In this document: positions 58,982-64,000 of the stretch, piece by piece
How positions within the stretch are numbered: the first letter of the stretch is position 1
Layout: every line of letters starts with the position of its first letter
Source of the DNA: Thermosediminibacterales bacterium
GTDB taxonomy: Bacteria; Bacillota; Thermosediminibacteria; Koleobacterales; JARRCM01
Direction: 5' to 3'
Assembly (NCBI GenBank): GCA_029982205.1
Contig: JARRCM010000010.1
Location: 2,117 to 66,116, forward strand
DNA: 64,000 bases
Position numbers and translations under genes: made by a program
Notes under the pieces: generated by a model
The model's input: the letters and a program-made list of their open reading frames with translations, nothing else
What the model was told of the DNA's origin: nothing
The model's database searches: none

Positions 58982-59065
58982 ATGAGCAAAGCAAGGGAAG
59001 TAGCGCCGATAGCTGTAGCTATTGCAGCCTACTTCGGTTTTACAAGGTACATAGGAGAGATGTAA
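58982..59065 (+). CDS. 27-codon micro-ORF upstream of bioW (hydrophobic peptide MSKAREVAPIAVAIAAYFGFTRYIGEM)
   Basis: ATG lies 6 nt after AGGAGGT. The stop is 3 nt before the bioW ATG, and its last codons supply the bioW SD (GGAGAG). It is not in the ORF track because it is shorter than 60 aa. Confidence 0.45.
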   Translation: MSKAREVAPIAVAIAAYFGFTRYIGEM

Positions 59066-59068
59066 AAA

Positions 59069-59905
59069 ATGAAGGGAAGACTTTATAATGTAAGGATGAG
59101 GGCTGCACGCGGGGGAAGGCATGAGGCAGGTGGAGAACATGTTTCAGGGGCGGAGAGGATTGTAAGCGGAGAAGCCCTCAAAAAAACAGTGGACAGCCTT
59201 TTAGAAAGGGCGTTAAAGCACAGCAAGGGAAAAGCTGACTTTATTAGCATTACTCTAGAAGAAATAAAGGAAGAGGAGATTGTATATATACCACCGCTGC
59301 CCATAACCACTGTTGAAGTGGAAAATTACATAGAAGGGAGAAAAGGCGTAATCAGGTGTTTGGAAGCTATAGGATTGACTTCCTGGCAAGCGAAATCAAT
59401 CCTCTCTATGTTAGAGAACACTTCCTCCATTAGAGGTGCCATTTTGGTTGATATTAACTCATTAGAAAGACTAGAACCAGATTTAAGCAGGGGAGTTAGG
59501 GCTACCGGCATGGACTGGTCGCAGGATATACTACCGAGATTAAACCTTGTACTGGACGAGGAAGGCATTAATAACAGTCATGTCAGGGAAGCCGTTGCGC
59601 TGGCAAGTAAGGTGGTCAGGGCGCCCGGAATGGTAGCGGAAGTTTGCTGGTCTGATGACCCTGATTATACGGCCGGGTATGTGGCGTCAAAGAAATTTGG
59701 ATATGTCAGGTTTACACATTTAAAGCCGGCTGGCGATGCCAGGGGCGGTAGAATATTTTGTTTTGATACAGAGCAGGCCAGCTTGGAGGAATGCATGAGC
59801 TGGCTGGAAAAGCAAATAACAGTAATCAACCAGGTGCCGTCTATTAATGGCAAATTCTCTATAAAAGAATTACTGAGGAGAATAGGCTATGAAACAAATA
59901 ATTGA
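59069..59905 (+). CDS. bioW: 6-carboxyhexanoate-CoA ligase (pimeloyl-CoA synthetase)
   Basis: 278 aa. The N-terminus (L)YNVRMRAARGG.H.AGGEHVSGAERI is typical of BioW, and it is followed by bioF. Confidence 0.88.
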   Translation: MKGRLYNVRMRAARGGRHEAGGEHVSGAERIVSGEALKKTVDSLLERALKHSKGKADFISITLEEIKEEEIVYIPPLPITTVEVENYIEGRKGVIRCLEAIGLTSWQAKSILSMLENTSSIRGAILVDINSLERLEPDLSRGVRATGMDWSQDILPRLNLVLDEEGINNSHVREAVALASKVVRAPGMVAEVCWSDDPDYTAGYVASKKFGYVRFTHLKPAGDARGGRIFCFDTEQASLEECMSWLEKQITVINQVPSINGKFSIKELLRRIGYETNN

Positions 59906-61055
59906 ATACCTGCGTCAAATTAAAGAAAAAGGCTTGTACAGGGAGCTCAAATATTTAGAAGCTGCCCAGGGGCCGTATACGGTTGTAGAGGGGAAAAAGG
60001 TCTTATTAATGGCTTCAAACAATTATTTAGGACTGTGCAATGACGAGAGGCTAAAAAAAGCGGCTATGAGAACCATTGAGGCTTATGGTGTCGGTGCCGG
60101 CGGTTCTAGGTTAACTACGGGCAGCTACAGGCTCCATAAAGAGTTGGAAGAAAAAATAGCTCAATTCAAAGGAACAGAGTCAGCTCTGGTTTTTAATACA
60201 GGGTATATGGCAAACGTGGGGACGATAGCCGGAATAGCAGATAAAAACTGGGTTATATACAGCGATGAATTGAATCATGCCAGCATAATTGATGGTTGCA
60301 GGTTGAGCAGGGCCAAAATAGTTGTTTACAGACATTGTGACGCGAGCAATTTGCTAAAGAAAGCAAGGCAGTTTCAAGGGGCTCCTGGTTTGATAGTAAC
60401 GGATGGCGTATTCAGCATGGACGGCGACATCGCCCCCCTGGAGGACATAGTTGAAATAGCCAAAAGGTACAGCTGTTTGGTCATGGTTGACGATGCCCAT
60501 GCTACCGGAGTGCTGGGGCCCAACGGTGCTGGAACTGCAGATTACTTTGGACTGAAAGATGAAATAGACATACAAATGGGAACATTGAGTAAGGCTTTGG
60601 CAAGCGAAGGGGGCTACGTGGCAGGCAAAAAATATCTTATAGATTACCTGAGGCATAGAGCGAGAAGTTTTATATATTCAACGGCTTTGGCCCCTGCGAC
60701 GGTTGCCGTATCATTAGCATCTTTGGATATAGTCAGAAAAGAGCCCGAGTTGAGAAAGAGATTGCTGGAGAATGCCAGGTGGTTTCAAAAACAGCTTATT
60801 TCTCTAGGCTTTAAGGTGATGGAAAGCAAAACGGCTATCATTCCTATAATAATAGGAGATGCCGATAAGGCAGTACAGTTTAGCAAGCGGTTATTTGAGG
60901 CAGGGATATATATCCCTGCCATTCGCCCCCCTACTGTGCCCCGCGGCACAAGCCGTTTAAGGGTCACGCTGATGGCAACTCACACAAAAGACGATTTAAA
61001 CTATGCCCTGGAAAAGATAAAGAAGGTAGGACAGAGGCTAGGTATTATAAAGTAA
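59889..61055 (+). CDS. bioF: 8-amino-7-oxononanoate synthase
   Basis: 388 aa. Alpha-oxoamine synthase motifs SNNYLGL, DDAHATGVLG and PLP-lysine TLSKAL. It overlaps bioW by 17 nt. Confidence 0.93.
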   Translation: MKQIIEYLRQIKEKGLYRELKYLEAAQGPYTVVEGKKVLLMASNNYLGLCNDERLKKAAMRTIEAYGVGAGGSRLTTGSYRLHKELEEKIAQFKGTESALVFNTGYMANVGTIAGIADKNWVIYSDELNHASIIDGCRLSRAKIVVYRHCDASNLLKKARQFQGAPGLIVTDGVFSMDGDIAPLEDIVEIAKRYSCLVMVDDAHATGVLGPNGAGTADYFGLKDEIDIQMGTLSKALASEGGYVAGKKYLIDYLRHRARSFIYSTALAPATVAVSLASLDIVRKEPELRKRLLENARWFQKQLISLGFKVMESKTAIIPIIIGDADKAVQFSKRLFEAGIYIPAIRPPTVPRGTSRLRVTLMATHTKDDLNYALEKIKKVGQRLGIIK

Positions 61056-61138
61056 GCGCTTTACTTTTTTGCTCCTTTGGTTCCGAACTGGCGGATATTA
61101 ATTTTTATGTTTATGTACTGGTCCCCGGTTATTTAGAC

Positions 61139-61369
61139 TTAAACGACCAATACTCCTCGACTTGCATTATTCTTTAGAATTTCTTCGTAAAACTTGCTTG
61201 GCGTCATATAACCCAGTGATTGGTGGAGTCTTATGCTGTTGTATTCTATCATAAATTTATCAAGCTCTTTAAAAAAACAGCCATACCCTGCAAAATCATG
61301 TAGTTCCACAAATTCCTCCTTCAATGTCCTGAAAAATCGTTCTATGTTGGGGTGGCTATGTTGGGGTGG
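61139..61369 (-). pseudogene. C-terminal fragment of an integrase-core (rve) DDE transposase
   Basis: Minus frame encodes HPNIERFFRTLKEEFVELHDF...YNSIRLHQSLGYMTPSKF, the tail of an rve-type transposase. The N-terminus is missing, and the fragment abuts the IS3-family element. Confidence 0.7.
61342..61369. repeat. perfect 14-nt tandem duplication
   Basis: CTATGTTGGGGTGG occurs twice back to back (61342-55 and 61356-69), just outside the IS3-family left end. Confidence 0.9.
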
Positions 61370-61407
61370 ATTTATGTCAATATAGTAGACACAAAAACTC
61401 GAAATTT

Positions 61408-62313
61408 TTATGCTGACTTTTTAATCAAATCCTCAAATTGTTGCGGAGTCATATACCCTATACTACTATGTAGTCTTTTCCTATTATACCAAGACTCAAT
61501 ATACTCGAATATAGCAAGTCTGGCAGCATCAAAATCATAGTAAATAGCTAAATTTACTTCTTCCTTTTTTAAAGAAGCATGAAAAGATTCTATACATGCA
61601 TTATCATAAGGACATCCTTTACGGCTAAATGAGTGCTTTATGTTACCTTTAGATAATATATATTCTTGAAATTTAGTGCTTGTATATTGTGAACCTAAAT
61701 CACTATGAAGTATAAGCTCTCTCTGTGGTTTTTGAGCATTATAGGCATTTTCTACAGCACGAATAGCAAGATCTGTATCCATCGTTTTAGAAAAAGCATA
61801 ACCAATAACTTTCTTGGTATGCAGATCTATCACTGTAGCAAGGTAACACCATTTGTCTTTGACAGTATAAATATATGTTATATCTGTTACCCATTTTTCA
61901 TTAATTGTAGTGGTAGAAAAATCCCTATTTAAGACGTTTTCCTTCTCCTCTACTCTATTCTTAGAAGTATAAGGCCTGAATTTTTTGATAATTATAGATT
62001 TTATCCCCAACTTATTCATAAGTCTTTGAACTCTTTTAAGACTTATATTATAACCCTTCTTTATAAGCATTTTGTGGATTTTTGGAGCTCCATAACGCTT
62101 TTTACTCTCTTCATATATCTTTAGTATTTCTTGCTCATACATTTTGTTTTCTATACTTCTCTTGCTCTCTGTTTTATGAAAATACTTATAATAAGAACTC
62201 CGTGAGACTTTTAAAACTTTGCATATTAATTTAACATCATGATATTTCTTATTTCCCTTAATAAACTCAAATATAGAGCTTATTTCGTTGCGAATATGGC
62301 CATGGCTTTTTTT
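61408..62313 (-). CDS. IS3-family transposase OrfB (integrase core), reached by -1 frameshift
   Basis: The rve domain has HSDLGSQYTS and DNACIESFHASLKKE. The -1 frame is open from the AAAAAAAG site (62313-06) through the ORF-track ATG at 62142 to 61408. Confidence 0.85.
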   Translation of the reverse strand, partial: KKSHGHIRNEISSIFEFIKGNKKYHDVKLICKVLKVSRSSYYKYFHKTESKRSIENKMYEQEILKIYEESKKRYGAPKIHKMLIKKGYNISLKRVQRLMNKLGIKSIIIKKFRPYTSKNRVEEKENVLNRDFSTTTINEKWVTDITYIYTVKDKWCYLATVIDLHTKKVIGYAFSKTMDTDLAIRAVENAYNAQKPQRELILHSDLGSQYTSTKFQEYILSKGNIKHSFSRKGCPYDNACIESFHASLKKEEVNLAIYYDFDAARLAIFEYIESWYNRKRLHSSIGYMTPQQFEDLIKKSA

Positions 62314-62549
62314 AATATTTCATTTTCCTCCTCAAGCCTTGCCATCTTCTTTAACATAGTTTGATATTCTGCTACTGTAATTGTTGTACCCTTGTTGTCT
62401 ATATTTATTGGCTTTGATTTTTTCAACCAGCCTGATATTGTTGATTTTGATATGCCATATTCGCTTGAAAGCTCTGACAGGCTTTTACCAGAATTATATA
62501 ACTCTACTATTCTTTATATTTTTATTTTAACCTGTTCGAGTTGAAGTGT
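62280..62549 (-). pseudogene. IS3-family OrfA (HTH) with in-frame TAA and no start codon
   Basis: The frame reads TLQLEQVKIKI*RIVELYNSGKSLSELSSEYGISKSTISGWLKK..LEEENEILKKAMAIFATK. The TAA lies at 62516-14. No ATG, GTG or TTG lies between the inverted repeat and the HTH. Confidence 0.7.
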
Positions 62550-62656
62550 CTACAATATTATACTAACACCAACCATTTTTGATCAAAAACAAGAACAAAA
62601 CTCCCTTCTGTTATCAAATGAAAGCGAAACCTAAAATAGCTGATTTAGGGAATACT

Positions 62657-63571
62657 CTAAGTTTTCAAGCCTCCAATTAATTCTCGAACATCAGCAATTT
62701 TCTCTTGAGACAACCAGTTTTTTAAACCTTTAACTACTTCCAGCGGCGTCATGGGATTATAAAAGTTGCCTGCACCAATAGCAATAGCTGTAGCTCCCGC
62801 CAGCAAGAACTCTATCGCATCTTCTGCAGTAGTTATTCCTCCCATACCAATAATGGGAATGTTTACCGTCTGTGCTACCTGCCAAACCATTCTAAGGGCT
62901 ATGGGTTTGATAGCAGGGCCGGACAGTCCACCAACTATGTTAGCCAGTACGGGGCGGCGGGTTTTGATATCGATGGCCATTCCCAACACTGTGTTTATCA
63001 GAGAAACAGCATCGGCTCCCTCTGCTTCCACTGCCCTGGCAATTTCCGTTATATCCGTCACATTGGGAGACAGCTTGGCTATAACAGGTAATTGAGTTTT
63101 TGACCGGACTCTTTTAATTACTTCTGCTGCCATTTTGGGGTCAGTTCCAAAAGCCATCCCACCCCCTTTTACATTGGGGCAGGAGATGTTAATCTCAAGG
63201 CCATCCACCCCAGGAACACCATCAAGACGTGCAGCTATTTCTGCATATTCATCAAAAGAGTGACCCGAAACATTCACAATCACAGCCACATCGAATTGCC
63301 TCAGCCAAGGAATTTCTTCTCGTATAACATAATCAACTCCCGGGTTCTGGAGGCCTACACTGTTCAACATTCCTGCAGGAGTTTCTGCAATACGGGGAGG
63401 AGGATTGCCCAACCTGGGATTAAGAGTAGTTCCCTTAACCATGACACCACCCAGCAGGTTTAAATCATACAGCTCAACAAATTCCCGGCCGAATCCAAAA
63501 GTCCCTGAAGCTGTCAGAACAGGATTTTTAAGTTTAATTCCGGCCACTTCTACCGCCAAATTAGTCATCAA
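62657..63571 (-). CDS. pyrD: dihydroorotate dehydrogenase B, catalytic subunit
   Basis: 304 aa. Motifs [19 protein letters not shown] and GGI.T..DA.EF..AGA. It overlaps the pyrK end. Confidence 0.94.
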   Translation of the reverse strand: MMTNLAVEVAGIKLKNPVLTASGTFGFGREFVELYDLNLLGGVMVKGTTLNPRLGNPPPRIAETPAGMLNSVGLQNPGVDYVIREEIPWLRQFDVAVIVNVSGHSFDEYAEIAARLDGVPGVDGLEINISCPNVKGGGMAFGTDPKMAAEVIKRVRSKTQLPVIAKLSPNVTDITEIARAVEAEGADAVSLINTVLGMAIDIKTRRPVLANIVGGLSGPAIKPIALRMVWQVAQTVNIPIIGMGGITTAEDAIEFLLAGATAIAIGAGNFYNPMTPLEVVKGLKNWLSQEKIADVRELIGGLKT

Positions 63572-64000
63572 ACATCACCTCTTCCCCTTTGAAAACAGGG
63601 CCATCCTTACAAACCTTCTTATAGGTAAATCCTCCGTCCTCGGTCCTAACTTTGCACACACATCCTAAGCATGCTCCGATTCCGCATCCCATACGTTCTT
63701 CTAGAGATATCTGACAGGGTATAGATGCCTCTTGAGTCAGTTTGACGACCTCTTTTGTCATGGGTAAAGGCCCACAACTGTATACCATGTCGAGAGCCAC
63801 ATCATGCATCAGGTTTTTCAGCAAATCCGTTACAAAGCCGTGATGACCATAAGACCCGTCATCTGTAGCCACCTTTACCTTTGCTCCCATGCTGATAAAA
63901 TCTTTTTCACACACCAACTTCTCCTTTGTTTGGGCTCCCAACAACACGTGAACTTCTTTTTTTTCTTCCAACAAGCTGTGGGCAAGGGCAACTAGAGGAG
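63561..64000 (-). CDS. pyrK: dihydroorotate dehydrogenase B electron-transfer subunit, partial (N-terminus beyond the window)
   Basis: C-terminal 2Fe-2S motif [11 protein letters not shown] plus YSCGP. The frame is open to the window edge. Confidence 0.88.
   Translation of the reverse strand, partial: PLVALAHSLLEEKKEVHVLLGAQTKEKLVCEKDFISMGAKVKVATDDGSYGHHGFVTDLLKNLMHDVALDMVYSCGPLPMTKEVVKLTQEASIPCQISLEERMGCGIGACLGCVCKVRTEDGGFTYKKVCKDGPVFKGEEVMFDD

Larger units (their letters stand above)
61375..62568 (-). mobile_element. IS3-family insertion sequence (~1.2 kb), probably inactive
   Basis: Terminal inverted repeats ATATAGTAGACACAAAAACTCGAAA (61380-61404) and the reverse complement of TTCGAGTTGAAGTGTCTACAATAT (62535-58) match 20 of 25. 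The orfA/orfB organisation includes an A7G slippery site. The exact ends are approximate. Confidence 0.8.

Noticed and set aside
61050-61070. Terminator after bioF (AAGTAA-GCGCT-TTACTT followed by TTTT)
   Set aside because: The stem is only 6 bp, is AT-rich and overlaps the stop codon. It is too weak to call.

Overview
This window is a chromosomal core segment of a low-GC, endospore-forming Firmicute; gpr, spoIIP, yqfC and yqfD are all present. It holds about 60 protein genes and 4 tRNAs, almost all on the minus strand. Gene order is colinear with the Bacillus subtilis block comEC-holA-rpsT-gpr-spoIIP-lepA-hemW-hrcA-grpE-dnaK-dnaJ-prmA-rsmE-mtaB-rpsU-yqeY-nfeD-floA-yqfC-yqfD-phoH-pgpH-ybeY-dgkA-cdd-era-recO ... 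ccpN-yqfL ... dnaG-sigA ... trmK-nif3. The right-hand 15 kb looks accessory. It carries a PTS gatC remnant, a peptidoglycan-remodelling cluster and tRNA-Leu. It also carries a biotin locus (bioB-bioD-bioA divergent from bioW-bioF) interspersed with IS remnants, then an IS3-family element, then pyrD/pyrK. The points most worth a second look are these. (1) An archaeal-type group II chaperonin sits between hrcA and grpE under a perfect CIRCE operator. (2) ccpN and the adjacent PPDK-regulatory gene have conserved N-terminal coding but no canonical in-frame start; each has ATA 7 nt after a strong SD. (3) Twin BirA operators overlap the -35 boxes of the two divergent bio promoters, which are separated by a decayed transposase. 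A 27-codon micro-ORF lies in front of bioW. (4) A GC-rich segment beginning GTGCG lies directly after the bioA terminator and resembles a truncated group II intron 5' end. (5) An orphan Q/N-rich coiled-coil protein lies between rpsT and holA. I found no CRISPR array, no rRNA and no recognisable defence system, so I cannot point to a clearly new multi-gene system here. All calls were made by eye from motifs, synteny and manual reverse-complement translation. No database search or computation was possible.
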